From: Chrysochromulina tobinii | Taxonomy: Eukaryota | Reading direction: 5' to 3' | Assembly: GCA_001275005.1 (NCBI GenBank) | Contig: JWZX01003399.1 | Location: 1-64,000 of the forward strand | Length of the DNA: 64,000 nucleotides | Part shown: piece by piece, positions 29,353-40,307 of the stretch | How positions within the stretch are numbered: the stretch's first letter is position 1 | Layout of the letters: every line of letters starts with the position of its first letter | The notes under the pieces: generated by a model | What the model was told of the DNA's origin: nothing | The model's input: only the letters and a program-made list of their open reading frames with translations | Database searches by the model: none | Position numbers and translations under genes: made by a program

Positions 29353-30645
29353 TCAGGAAGCAGAGAGCTTCGCGAGCTGCTCAGGGAGGCTTGACCTCGA
29401 CGACATCATCGCCTCATTCTCGGCGATGATGCGCAGCGACGCCAGATTGTATCCCACACGCACCCCCTCGGCCTCTGGCGCCTCGAGTAGCGTCAGCAGG
29501 TGGCGCGCCGATGCGATCGTCTCCGAATGGCCGCTCCCATATCGTGCTGTGCACGCATGCAACTCCTCTCGGAGTAGCTTAGCGGCGCCTTCGAGGTCAC
29601 CACGCTCCTCGAGCAAGATGCCGAGGTTGTACAGTGAGCTGAGTGTGTCCGGATGCTCGTCGCCGAGCTCCTCGCGGCAGCTCGCCAGCGCCTCCCGCAG
29701 CAATGGCTCCGCGCCCTCAAGGTCGCCTCGAGCTTTGAGGAGAGTGCCCAAGTTATTGAGCGAGGTGATCGTGCGCGGGTGGCGGTTACCCAACGTGGCA
29801 CGGCGCGCGGCGAGCGCTTCGCGGTAGAGGGCCGAGGCACCCTCGAGCTCGCCCGTCTCCTGCAGCAGCGACGCCAGGTTGTTGATCGAGATCAGCGTGT
29901 CCGGGTGCATGTCGCCGAGCGCCGTCCGACGCGCAGCCAGGGCCTCTCGATACAGAGCGGCTGCTGCGTCCACGTCCCCTAGGGCCTGCATGAGGCCGCC
30001 CAGGTTGTTGATCGAGATGAGCGTGTCATTGTGCGTGTCGCCGAGCAGACGGCGGCTCGCCGCCAGCGCCTCCACGTACAGCGGCCGCGCCGCCTCGAGC
30101 TCGCCGCGCGTGTGCAGCAGCATTGCGAGCAGATACAGCGAGGCGAGCGTCATGTGGTGGTCGTCGCCGAGGGTCTTGCGCGCGCCGTCAAGCGCCTCGC
30201 GATAGAGCTTCTCGGCCTCCTCCAGCTCGCCCGCGTTCTTGTACAACGAGCCCAGATTGGTCATGCTTACGAGCGTGTGCTGGTGCATCGGGCCAAACGT
30301 CTCCCTGCTCGCGTCCAGCGCCTCACACAGCAGCTGTCCGGCCTCCTCGAGCTCGTCCTGCGCCAGCAGGAGCATCGCCAGATTGTTGATTGAGGTGAGT
30401 GTATCCTCGTGCCGGTCGCCGAGTTTCTCGCGGCACTGCGCGAGCGCCTCACGGTACAGAACCGCCGCCGTCTCCAGGGCGTCCGCATCCATCTGCGCTG
30501 GCTGCAGCCGCACCGACTTTGGCCGCTCTGGTCGCGAGAGCGGTTGCGGCTGTGCAAAGGCTGGCATGAAATGCTGCATCGTCGCACGCATCGGCGACGC
30601 GGGCCGCGCTGTGCCCTGGTAGGACCAGGTCATCTTGATCGGCAT
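29353..30645 (-). CDS. Kinesin-light-chain-type TPR repeat protein
   Basis: About seven 42-aa repeats LYREAL..RR..LGD.HPDTL.SINNL..LL...G.LE.A. Confidence 0.9.
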   Translation of the reverse strand: MPIKMTWSYQGTARPASPMRATMQHFMPAFAQPQPLSRPERPKSVRLQPAQMDADALETAAVLYREALAQCREKLGDRHEDTLTSINNLAMLLLAQDELEEAGQLLCEALDASRETFGPMHQHTLVSMTNLGSLYKNAGELEEAEKLYREALDGARKTLGDDHHMTLASLYLLAMLLHTRGELEAARPLYVEALAASRRLLGDTHNDTLISINNLGGLMQALGDVDAAAALYREALAARRTALGDMHPDTLISINNLASLLQETGELEGASALYREALAARRATLGNRHPRTITSLNNLGTLLKARGDLEGAEPLLREALASCREELGDEHPDTLSSLYNLGILLEERGDLEGAAKLLREELHACTARYGSGHSETIASARHLLTLLEAPEAEGVRVGYNLASLRIIAENEAMMSSRSSLPEQLAKLSAS

Positions 30646-30801
30646 TCGGAAGAGATGGCGACGATTTTCGGCCTTCGCTCGCCGACCAACATGTCCAAAA
30701 CGCTGTGTTCAATTTGCGCGCGTCGTGACGGGCTTTTCGTCCGCAGCCTATACAAGTATTCATATGGGTTTTATTTTACAGCGGTCCACGGGGCGCGTGG
30801 C

Positions 30802-32799
30802 CTATTCAGAATTCGTGGCCACCGATCTCACCTTCCAGTTTGAGATCGCAATGGCAATCGTGGGAAGCCGCGCCGCGCCGCGCCGCGGAGAGAGCAGAGA
30901 GCGCTCCGGAGAGCGCGAGGTTTGGGACCGTGGCGTAGTCCGTGGGATGAGGGCACCGTCGCGTGCGCCGATGCTGCTGCTGCTCCCAAGACCGCTGCGG
31001 CGCGCTGCGCGCAGACGGAACGCGCGCGCCGAGTGCTGCCGCCACAGGCGCAGCGCGGTGCGCGCCCACTCTCGCCTGGCGAGTGACTCAACCACGAAGC
31101 GTCTAGCACGCTCGCTGACGCCGGGGTTGCCGTCGAGGATGATGGCCGTGCACGCGCATAGCCCCCATTGCTGCAGTACCTTTGCGAGCGCCACCGCGCC
31201 AGCCTTCCCGATCGTATTCCTGTACAGGTGCAAGCGGCGCAACTCGGGCAGCGCGCCCGGCGCCTGGCACGCAGCACTCAGCGCAAGGCAGCCATTCGTC
31301 CCGATGCGGTTGCCGCCAAGGTAGAGGGAGCGCACAGTGCGAAGCGCACCCTTGGCCACCTCGTTTGCGAGGGCCGTAGCACCATCATCTCCCATGGAAT
31401 TGCCAAACAGATTGAGCTCGGTCAGCGCGCCGAGCGCCTGCTGCCATGATCGGCTAGCGGCCGCGAGCACGGCGACGCCCTCGGCTCCGATGCGGTTGCT
31501 CCCGAGCGAGAGTGTCGTGAGCGTGCGCAGCGCGCCTTGCTCGGCGGCTCCAGCGAGCGCAGCCGCTGCCCGATTCGTGAGAGCATTGCCATCCAGACTC
31601 ATCACCTGGACGCGGTTGGCCAGGCGGCCGTGACGCGAGGCGGTTGCTGCTATGCTCGTGCACAGCTGCTCGACGGCGGCATCACGTAGCCCTGCGACGC
31701 GCGGCAGTTTGAGCTCCTGCAGCCGTGGACACCAGCGGAGGGTCTCGCCGAGCAGCTTGGCCGTCACCTTATCAAGAGGCTGCGATGCATTCAATGAGAG
31801 CACGTCGAGCGCCGCGAGGAGGCAGGAGGCCTGCTTCCGGTACAGGCTGCGCACGAGCTTGACGTCGGCCTTGCGCTCAAATGTTGTCTTCTCAAGCATC
31901 GCATCGAACGTGTCCGGGTCGATGAGCGCCCAGGACGGCGCTTGGCCTTCGGACCTGTCCACGTCAAGAACGAGTTGCCACGCGGCACACTGCGGATCGC
32001 GCCGTGGCCTGCAGAAGTGCGAGAGCGCCGCGGCAGCGCGCTCGTACGTGCACCAGCCGGACTTGTCGTATGGGCGCCTCTTGCGTGCCTTGGGCGCCGA
32101 CGCCGGCATTCTCGAGAGAAGCAACACTACCGTGCCTTGGTGCCCATACCACAGGTCCATGTCCTGCCGTGCTGACTCGAAGCGCGCGTGCTCCATGGAT
32201 GTGCGCTTGCCTGTCTTCGGCTCGGGCTGGTCAAGTGAGAGCCAGTCCCAGAAGACGCCCACGTCGCTGAAGCCGGGTCGACCGTCGGGCGCGGGCGCGC
32301 GGTACTTTGTGCACTCCACCTCGAGCACGGCCGCAATCGCCTTCAGCTGCTCACCCGTGGGGTCGGCATGCTCGGTACGCACCCAGCAAGCTGATACGGC
32401 GACGATGGGCACGAGGCCGTCGAAGCTGGGCGAGGTGAGCATGTTCGAGGCGTTCGCGTGGATGGCGCGCAGCGCGGGCACCGGCATGAAAGCGAGATCG
32501 GGCAGCTCCTGCCGCCGTGGCACGACCGCGGATTCTTTTGCGACCGCGACTAGGTAAGAGGCGCGCACTAGCCGCACGGTGCCGCTCTCGAGCACGCGCC
32601 ACAGCTCGGCGGTGCCCCGGTAGCGATCGACAGGCACGATGTTCGCAGCGCGTTCGTCAGAAGCGTGCTCCGCGCGGCGTGCCTCACCCTTCCAAGACTC
32701 CCACCATACGACCGGATCGTCCGTGTTGGCTTCAGAGATGGAGGACTCCGCCTCATCGTCCACATCGTCGTCATCGTCGTCCTCATCCTTGCGCGGCAT
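30802..32799 (-). CDS. HET-like domain + RI-type leucine-rich repeats
   Basis: VSACW...HADPTGEQL, GVFWDWLSLDQ, MDLWYGH, YDKSGWCTYE; then L..L.L.GN.IG..G...LA repeats. Confidence 0.75.
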   Translation of the reverse strand: MPRKDEDDDDDDVDDEAESSISEANTDDPVVWWESWKGEARRAEHASDERAANIVPVDRYRGTAELWRVLESGTVRLVRASYLVAVAKESAVVPRRQELPDLAFMPVPALRAIHANASNMLTSPSFDGLVPIVAVSACWVRTEHADPTGEQLKAIAAVLEVECTKYRAPAPDGRPGFSDVGVFWDWLSLDQPEPKTGKRTSMEHARFESARQDMDLWYGHQGTVVLLLSRMPASAPKARKRRPYDKSGWCTYERAAAALSHFCRPRRDPQCAAWQLVLDVDRSEGQAPSWALIDPDTFDAMLEKTTFERKADVKLVRSLYRKQASCLLAALDVLSLNASQPLDKVTAKLLGETLRWCPRLQELKLPRVAGLRDAAVEQLCTSIAATASRHGRLANRVQVMSLDGNALTNRAAAALAGAAEQGALRTLTTLSLGSNRIGAEGVAVLAAASRSWQQALGALTELNLFGNSMGDDGATALANEVAKGALRTVRSLYLGGNRIGTNGCLALSAACQAPGALPELRRLHLYRNTIGKAGAVALAKVLQQWGLCACTAIILDGNPGVSERARRFVVESLARREWARTALRLWRQHSARAFRLRAARRSGLGSSSSIGARDGALIPRTTPRSQTSRSPERSLLSPRRGAARLPTIAIAISNWKVRSVATNSE

Positions 32800-33058
32800 G
32801 ATCGCGAAGCTTCCTCCCCTTGGCGGGGCCGTTCATTCCATTCATGTACTTCATCATCAAATCATCGAATTCACACCAACTTCACACCACACGTAAACAG
32901 CATTCACAGCAGGAGCGAGATGCTGAGAAGGACCCTCGAAATGAAACACATGCGGACGGAGAGCTGAGAAAATTCACAACTCAAAGTCACAAACACGTAC
33001 AACGCAATCTCAAATACAATATACATGTACATGTACGTGAAAGGCACCACCTCGACGT

Positions 33059-33114
33059 ACACGTTCACACTTTCACACTCGCTTCATTCTCATGCTCGCA
33101 AGGTGGAACGCATA
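33059..33114. repeat. Dispersed repeat, partner of 15221-15270
   Basis: Shared CGCTTCATTCTCATGCTCGC core inside an AC-rich intergenic tract. Confidence 0.7.
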
Positions 33115-33403
33115 CCGCGCTCACAACGGTTCAGAGTCGCCATACTCCGGCGTCCGGGTCAACCCAGGGTCTGCACCCGTGCAAGGTGCCTTGCAAGGTG
33201 CTTAGGTGCAACAACGCCCCACACCATGCCCCACACGCACAGTCGAACACGACTGCGTTCACATCTAAGATGTACAACACACCCATACGAACAAATTGAC
33301 GGATGGCAACCCGCGTGAAATGCCGGCCGGGACCATAGGAAGACCTTCCCCGTGGACACGGTAAAGAGTTTCGTCAATTCCCGAAACTTTCGCCAGGAAA
33401 TAA

Positions 33404-34477
33404 ATGCCGACTTTGTTGCTGCTCGCAGCTGTGGCCATGACCATGCCCGCCACGAGCCCAACTGGCGTGGCGAATCGACTGTGGCAGTGGCGTGGTTTCC
33501 AAATCCGCTACCAATGCCTCAACGAAGAAGCGACAGGGCCGGCTTGTCTGCTCGTGCACGGCCTTTTTGTAAACGCTGACCATTGGAGACGAAATCTCCC
33601 AGTGCTCGCCGATGCCGGATTTCGCGTGTACGCGATTGACCTTCTCGGATCTGGCTACAGCAGCAAGCCTTACCCGACCTCGAGCGAGGCGCGTGCCGCC
33701 AGTGGTGAAAACGGGCGGCCGCTGGGCGCGCCTGAGCAGGTCATCGGCAGTGCAAGCGGCCAGGAGCTGCTGCCAAGGCCCGTGCCGCTCGCACATCCCG
33801 TTGAGGGCAGCGTGTACAACTTCTACACATGGGCCGAGCAGCTCGCCGACTTCACGTCGGAAGTGATCGGCGCGGAGGGCGGCGCTACCCTCGTGGCCAA
33901 CTCGATCGGCACGATCAGTGCGCTGCAGGCGGCCATCGATCGGCCCGAGCTGTTCCGGGGCGTGTTCGTGGTGAATCCCAACTTTCGCGAGTTGCACGCC
34001 GCTGAGCAGCCCGGCTGGCTGCGCCCGTTGGCCATGCCCCTGATCGGTGCCGTGCAGCGCACGCTGCGCGAGCGAGGCCAGCCTCTGTTCGACCTGTTGG
34101 CCAACCCATCGACTGTGAAGACCATCCTCAAGGAACCCTACCACGACGATGCGCAAGTGACGGACGAGCTGGTCGACGTGCTCCTCGCACCGCTGCTCAG
34201 CAAGGGCGCCGCCGACGTCGTCTTCGACACGCTCTCCTATTCTGCAGGCCCTCTGCCCGAGCCTTTGCTGTCTGACGAGCGCCTTGCGGCCCCCGTGATG
34301 GTATTATTTGGAGAGGAGGACCCGTGGACGCCGCCCGCACGCGTGCGCGCCCTCGAGCGCTACCGCTCTGTCCGGGGCGTCATCGGCCTTCCGGGCGTTG
34401 GACATTGCCCGCACGACGAGGCGCCTGAGCTCGTCAACCCGCTCATCATCGACTTCGTCAGGCGGGTCGCGTCGTGA
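33404..34477 (+). CDS. Alpha/beta hydrolase (pheophytinase-like clade), signal peptide, probably plastid
   Basis: LLVHG, HWRRN, VYAIDLLGSGYS, ANSIG nucleophile elbow, GEEDPW, GHCPHDE. Confidence 0.88.
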   Translation: MPTLLLLAAVAMTMPATSPTGVANRLWQWRGFQIRYQCLNEEATGPACLLVHGLFVNADHWRRNLPVLADAGFRVYAIDLLGSGYSSKPYPTSSEARAASGENGRPLGAPEQVIGSASGQELLPRPVPLAHPVEGSVYNFYTWAEQLADFTSEVIGAEGGATLVANSIGTISALQAAIDRPELFRGVFVVNPNFRELHAAEQPGWLRPLAMPLIGAVQRTLRERGQPLFDLLANPSTVKTILKEPYHDDAQVTDELVDVLLAPLLSKGAADVVFDTLSYSAGPLPEPLLSDERLAAPVMVLFGEEDPWTPPARVRALERYRSVRGVIGLPGVGHCPHDEAPELVNPLIIDFVRRVAS

Positions 34478-34797
34478 GTCTCGAATGATTATGAACACTG
34501 CGTGCACGCCTGTTTTTCCTGGGCGACCCGCCCTCGAGCCTCGTTACGTGAGACGTGGACACTGCCATTCGGCGTGTTTTATACTTACTGTAACTAACTT
34601 AGAGGCCTCCTTACACGAATGAGTATGATAACACACGGAGTGGAGTCATGTTTTATGCGTATACAATCATACCGGCGTCGCCTGGGCTCCCGCGCCCGCC
34701 GGCATCGCGTCGGGTCTGAAGGGGCACAGCACAACGGGTGTGGAGGAGCAAGACGCACGCAAGACTCCCGACGGCTTCGTGCGCTCTCGAGGGCCGC

Positions 34798-35455
34798 TCA
34801 CTCCTCCAGGTTGATGTTCTTCCCAAATCGACCTGAGAGCACACAAAAGAGTGGCGCAAGGCAGGGCTTGTCAGCACAAGAGGCGCACCCACGCGAACGG
34901 CGCGTGACGGTGGGGACCCGCCATCGAGATGCGCACCGTAGAGTTTCCCCTTGAGGTCGGCCAAAGTCTCCCTGATGGTCAGCAGCTCTGCCTTGTGGCT
35001 GTCGATCTGCTCCTGCACCTCCGATTTCTGCTTTTCGAGCATCTCGTCCGTCGAATCCTTGGACAACTCGAAGAAGCACTCGCCAAACAAGTACCTGCGG
35101 CAATGGTGGCAGCGGCAGAGCCTCATGATGAGACTGCTGAAGTGATAGCTCAAGGCGCGATGGCGAGACAGTCGGCCGGGGCGCACCTGACTGGCACGTC
35201 GTCGTCGGCGAGGATGATCTCGTTGGACGCATCGTCGAGGAGCTCATACTTTGACTGTGCCGCCTTGAGCTCGTCCTCGATATCGTGCATGCGACCATTG
35301 AGCCTCCCAAACTGGTTGATGCAGTCCTGGTCCTCACGCCGGACCTCGACGTCCTTATCTTCGTTCCTGCGCGCGTGGGAAAGTCACGAGCGTGAGAACT
35401 AAAGGTGATGTGGGAGTGCGCGCGCGGGGAACCAACGTCGGTCGTACGTCGACAT
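34798..35455 (-). CDS. PFDN4: Prefoldin subunit 4; introns 35367-35447, 35095-35186, 34833-34936
   Basis: Spliced MSTNEDKDVEVRREDQDCINQFGRLN..LDDASNEIILADDD..RYLFGECF..LKGKLYGRFGKNINLEE*. Confidence 0.92.
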
Positions 35456-35726
35456 TGGAGCTCCTCTGCTTGCTGTGAATTCACGCCTTTGCCTCGAGGA
35501 ATACGTGGAGCGAGCATGGGCCCCGATACGGGGCAGACGAGAGTAAATTTTGCGTCGGGTAGCAAACGGGAACCGCCTCGCTAACTTCTCCTCGCTCTAT
35601 AGAACATCCCATTGAGAACATCCCATCCGCACCGAAAAGGATGGCAGTGGTCGACTGCTCTACAACGAACAGCCCCGGGGAGCACGGCGCATACCTCGAG
35701 ACAAAACGTTGTAACTGCCTCTCTCA

Positions 35727-37196
35727 TCATGTGTCTGTTAGTCCGCGCGCGAGCACGAGCGCGCCCACCAACCCCACGAGGCCGGCAACACCGCACTCGA
35801 CGCCCAAGACGCCCGGCAGGGCGTCGCCCACGAGGCCGAGTAGAAAGGGCGCGAGGATGTACGCACCGTCCCCGACCGCTCGCGGCAGCGCGAGCGCGGT
35901 CGCCTCAGAGCCCTTGGGCGCAAGTTCTTGCCCGATGGCCGTGAGCGCCGGACCGAGCGCCGTGACCCCAAGTGACCAGAGGAGAATGAGGGCGCTGAAT
36001 ACGAGGCCCGCGTCGAATGGCGGGCCTTCCTCGAGAGCGCCAGCCACCCGCGCCTTGTTGAGCACCAGTGGCACCGCCATCAGGCCAAGCGCCGAGATGG
36101 TGGCCGCTCCCACGGCGACGCTGCGAGCGCCTTGTCGATCAGCAAGCCATCCCCCGAGGGGTGCGCCGACAAGCCCAGTCAGCGCGGCGGCGGAGAGCAG
36201 CGAGCCAGCGGCGAGGGCGCCGCCGGGGAGGAGTGCCGCGGCGAGCAGCGGCACGCTCGTCACCTTCGCTGCGAATCCTACCTGCAGGCCCACTTGGCAG
36301 GCCGCGAGACCGCGCCACTCATCGCGCTGAGCGAGCGTTGCCCACAACTCCGTACTGCCTTCGCCCTCGGCCTCGCCGCCCACCGGAGATGCGATGGCGC
36401 CGCTCGCGCGCGAGCGGCGCGCGAGCGGCGCGCGCGCAGGCAGCGCCGCGGCGTCGAGCGTCTCAGGCAGCAGCGCGTACAGGCCAAGGGTGACGAGAGC
36501 GGCAGCAACGACGCAGAGGAACGCGGCGCGTGGGCCATAGGCCTCGACCGCATAGCCGCCGAGCGGGGAGCCGACGGCGATGCCGAGGGCGCAGACGGCC
36601 TGCTGCGCGGCGGCCAGCTCGCCACGGTATTTGGGCGCGCGGGATGCCAGGTCGGCCAAATATCCGCGTTCGCCGCACTCCGAAACGCACCGGCCGGCCC
36701 CAAGCCCGAGCCTCGCGAGCACGAGCACCGGAAGCTCAGTAGCGAGCGCGGTGGCGAGGTCGCTCAGCGCGATGAGGCCCATTCCGGCCATCATCGCCGG
36801 CTTGCGGGCTTCGTCCGCGAAGCCTCCAGATGGGCGTGCGAGGACCAGCAGCGCAATCGCAGGCGCGCCGATGACTATCCCGTTGGCGGCATTCGAGAGC
36901 CCGAAGCTCTCCTTTGCGAACAAGGGCAGCGTGGGGATCACGGCGCCCACGCCTATGAATAGAATGAATTGTGCTAGCAGCAGCAATGCAAAAGGGACAA
37001 AGGTGTCACGCGGCAAGCCGAAGACTGCACCGCTAGCATGGGGCACGGTGGCACGGGCTGCAGAGCGCTGAACAATCCTACATCCTATGGCAGGCGATCT
37101 GGAGGCTGTGGTCCAATGTCGTACTGCTGGCGTGGTCCTAAATGCTGCGTTGCACGTCGCCACCACTGCGAGCAGAAGAGAGACACGCACGCGCAT
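35727..37196 (-). CDS. Major facilitator superfamily transporter with bipartite plastid-type presequence
   Basis: About 12 hydrophobic segments; MFS motifs GGFADE.RKP, LARLGLGAG, GGWLADRQGAR. Signal peptide ends CNA-AF. Confidence 0.88.
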   Translation of the reverse strand: MRVRVSLLLAVVATCNAAFRTTPAVRHWTTASRSPAIGCRIVQRSAARATVPHASGAVFGLPRDTFVPFALLLLAQFILFIGVGAVIPTLPLFAKESFGLSNAANGIVIGAPAIALLVLARPSGGFADEARKPAMMAGMGLIALSDLATALATELPVLVLARLGLGAGRCVSECGERGYLADLASRAPKYRGELAAAQQAVCALGIAVGSPLGGYAVEAYGPRAAFLCVVAAALVTLGLYALLPETLDAAALPARAPLARRSRASGAIASPVGGEAEGEGSTELWATLAQRDEWRGLAACQVGLQVGFAAKVTSVPLLAAALLPGGALAAGSLLSAAALTGLVGAPLGGWLADRQGARSVAVGAATISALGLMAVPLVLNKARVAGALEEGPPFDAGLVFSALILLWSLGVTALGPALTAIGQELAPKGSEATALALPRAVGDGAYILAPFLLGLVGDALPGVLGVECGVAGLVGLVGALVLARGLTDT

Positions 37197-37729
37197 GGCG
37201 CGACGGCGGCCTTTTCAACAAGTCGAATGCCAAGCGCCTCCGGAAGGGAGACCCAGGGTGACGAGAAGTCCAGCGTCGCCATGCGATGTCGAATTTGGCT
37301 GTGAAATCGGGCGTAAACAATGTTTGCGAATGAGGAGTGAGTCAGTGAGTGTCGCTGCCCCCTGGTAGTCTTGTTCGGCCTGTGAACAGCACGCGTCCGC
37401 TTGCGCGTCCGTTCATTTTAATGAGCCGTTTCCGGCTCCGATTTCACGATTTTTGTCAACGAAAATAGCCGTTTGATGACCAATTAATGTGAACAGAACG
37501 GCGGGGTGTTGGTGTTCACCACCCTCGACCCTGCACCCACCGAGGGTTCGGGTCCCCTCTTCGTCGGACTTCCAACTCAGGAATTCTTGACCTGAGAACA
37601 CTTCAATGCAGTAGCTCGAAATTTGAGAATTGCGTCCCGTGGCACAGTGATGAATCGACAGTGACGAGCGGAGCGGAGAGACACGCGGGTACAAGAACCT
37701 AATGCTGATGGTGAAGTCCTTGCCGCGCA

Positions 37730-38980
37730 CTAAGCCGCGGGATCCTCTGCGGGCGGCAACCAGTCGATGCCGCTGATGTCGGAAGCGGAGCTGGCATCGG
37801 ATGCCGCCGAGTTACGGCGCGCGTGTTTCGAGGGCAGCGGCGAGAGGTCGCACCAGCGCCAGTTCTGGCAGCAGTGCTCGAGGCGCGCGACCAGCTGGCC
37901 GCCGCGCCGGATGCGATACTTGCTTGCCATCGTCGCGCAGCGCGGCCGTGGCTGCGGACTCTCGAGAGGCTGCAACAGCTGCGCACGCCGCTGGCGCGCG
38001 TACTCCCAGCGCTCCGGGCGCTTGAGCCTATGGTATACGTCCGCCCGATACAGCGCTTGACTGCCACGCGCAACGACGTACTCGGAGAGCGTGAGATGAA
38101 CTAGCGTGAGCGACTCGTTGCGCATCGCCCGGTAAAGCAGATGCATGTAGTACACGTCCTCGGTGAGAACATTGTTCGCCGGGTGGTTCGGATGCGATGT
38201 TTTGAGCTCCTTATTATAGTAGGGGTGCATGATCGCGCGACGCGCCCGCGGCCCGAGTGCATAGGCCTCATCGCCGCAGCAGTCGAAGAGTGTGACGAGC
38301 CGTTGCACCATCGGGCGCGAGTAGCCGAGGAAGTGGCCCTTGGCGTACGGAAATGGGCCGACGGCCTGTGGCCGCAGGCACTCCTGCTTGCTGCGACTAA
38401 GCATCGCGATTGTGCTCACGTTCCGCGCAGACTCCTGTGCAAGCTCCCAGCGTCGGCTCGAGTACGCGAAACAAGTCGAGATCATGGCGACCGGATCCCA
38501 CATGAACCACTCCTCGACGTTGCCGAACACGAGCGAGGGTAATCGTGCGAACGGCGCCATGCGCGCGGCGATCAGCGTCGCGTTGAAGAGCGTGTCGTCG
38601 TCGGCCAGCACGACGAGCAGAGGCGTGTCCTTGCGTGCGGCGGCCGTGCGCAGGAATCGATTGCTCAAAAGGTACTTTTCGAGGCCATACGTCTTCTTTG
38701 CCCGCCGCGCCGCGGGCAAGTCGAAGAGCCACACATCACTACGATTGCGATCAACATCGGCTTGGTCCTGTGCCATCACAAAGCGCAGGGTAATGGCCGT
38801 CGACGCCGCCGATGACGAGGCCGCTGCACCGGCCTTAGTGTCAGCCGAAGATGGGCTGATGACGCCGCTGGTACCTACGCCTGCGCAGAGCTCGCGAATG
38901 GCCTCACGACGCTGCAGCGCGACAGCGTGTCGGTGGCTAGGCACGCCGACGAGCATCGCAATTCCACCCTTTGCGCCCAA
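37730..38980 (-). CDS. Glycosyltransferase, GT31/galactosyltransferase-like (first ATG 38956)
   Basis: LRFV, LADDDT (DxD), GPFPYAKG...YS..V, EDV, YHRLK. Confidence 0.62.
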   Translation of the reverse strand: MGAKGGIAMLVGVPSHRHAVALQRREAIRELCAGVGTSGVISPSSADTKAGAAASSSAASTAITLRFVMAQDQADVDRNRSDVWLFDLPAARRAKKTYGLEKYLLSNRFLRTAAARKDTPLLVVLADDDTLFNATLIAARMAPFARLPSLVFGNVEEWFMWDPVAMISTCFAYSSRRWELAQESARNVSTIAMLSRSKQECLRPQAVGPFPYAKGHFLGYSRPMVQRLVTLFDCCGDEAYALGPRARRAIMHPYYNKELKTSHPNHPANNVLTEDVYYMHLLYRAMRNESLTLVHLTLSEYVVARGSQALYRADVYHRLKRPERWEYARQRRAQLLQPLESPQPRPRCATMASKYRIRRGGQLVARLEHCCQNWRWCDLSPLPSKHARRNSAASDASSASDISGIDWLPPAEDPAA

Positions 38981-39284
38981 TTCACGGTCTCTTCACGCCA
39001 GGTGAATTGGATGTTACTACTCGAGAGGGAACGACGACGAGCGAACCGTCACCAACCGCGACTCTCCGCATGCGGGTCCGCATGACCGCAAACGCGCGCA
39101 CGACGTTATGTCAGCGTACACGGAACAGTAGGGACTGCGGCTTCCCGCTCACTGTCTTCGTGTGTACATGGGAGGTCGTTTCTCAGCACCGCGTGTGCAG
39201 CACGACACGGAATTTCTGTTACAAAACTCAAACTTCAATGTATGTCTCGTCCGCACGAGTGCCGACGACGACGGCCGCACAACC

Positions 39285-39902
39285 ATGATGTCTCCGCCGG
39301 CCGTGCACCGCGTCTCGAAGGGGACCTTCCACGCGGCGCGTCATTCGGTGCTCGATGAGATCGTCTTCAACCGCGACTTTGACAAGTCGCGCTCATCCTC
39401 GATCAACCGCGGTCGCGACACGTGGACCTTTCAACCCAGTTACTCGGGCTTCCAGTCGCTGGCGCTGCAGATGCGGCCCGATCAGTCGATCGGACGCCTA
39501 CCGGCCATGATGATGGATGGCACGGTGTCTAGCCACGCCTCCTTGCCGCAGATCGTCGCGCACGGCTCGAGGGCGAGCAGCATCCAAATCAAGCACAACC
39601 CAGCTCTCTGCGGGTTCGTGACCGAGAAGGTCACGAAACTTCCGTTTGCGCCCGGGCTGCGTCCGGACGCGAACTTCGGGCGGCTGAAAAACCACGTTGA
39701 GCTGCGCAACCACGAGAGCGACCTCATCATCAACCTCAACACGCCCAACCAGTACCCGCCCTCCCCATTCACACCAATGTTTCGGCCGCTCGGCTCCGTC
39801 CAGCCGAACGTGCAGCCTCCGGGACGGCCAGTCACCACTCATCAGCCCGGCCGTCATCGCTTCTTCATGTCCGACATCACGCCCAAAATTGGCTCGGTGT
39901 AG
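39285..39902 (+). CDS. Hypothetical protein with one copy of the DxxVFNRDxD motif
   Basis: HSVLDEIVFNRDFDKS matches the repeat unit of the 9232-13530 protein. Confidence 0.6.
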   Translation: MMSPPAVHRVSKGTFHAARHSVLDEIVFNRDFDKSRSSSINRGRDTWTFQPSYSGFQSLALQMRPDQSIGRLPAMMMDGTVSSHASLPQIVAHGSRASSIQIKHNPALCGFVTEKVTKLPFAPGLRPDANFGRLKNHVELRNHESDLIINLNTPNQYPPSPFTPMFRPLGSVQPNVQPPGRPVTTHQPGRHRFFMSDITPKIGSV

Positions 39903-40307
39903 ATGCTTTTACAACGAGATCAACGCAGCTGCGACACCGGAGAGAGAGCAAGCGCAGCGTCCCGTACCACACCACAGGTCGCTCATGCCGACTCGCGCGC
40001 CTGCGCTTGCATCCTCCGAGTCGGCACTCCAGTGTCAATACAGTGTCCCTTGCGCAGATATTGCTCTCTCCGGTGGCTGTGTCGTATTTCTGTTTCCTTT
40101 GCGCGCGCGCGAGGAGCTCGTGATTCGCTCTTTCATGTGTGTGTGTCCCGCGCTCCGCTCTGTGACCTCTTTGAGAGAGTCTGAGCTGGATGTAACGACG
40201 GAGGACATGGGGGGACCAAAACATTACGGCTCCAACTCTCACGAGTGTGAAACGGCTGTGAGCCGGAGCTTGACACGGGAAGGCCAGAACGCGGGCAAGC
40301 AAAGAAG

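Noticed and set aside
29144..29827. Plus-strand ORF with poly-Arg
   Set aside because: Arises from GGC/GGA microsatellites and the antisense strand of the TPR gene.
37540..37562. GAGGGTTCGGGTCCCCTC resembling a tRNA T-arm
   Set aside because: No acceptor, D or anticodon arms can be built around it.
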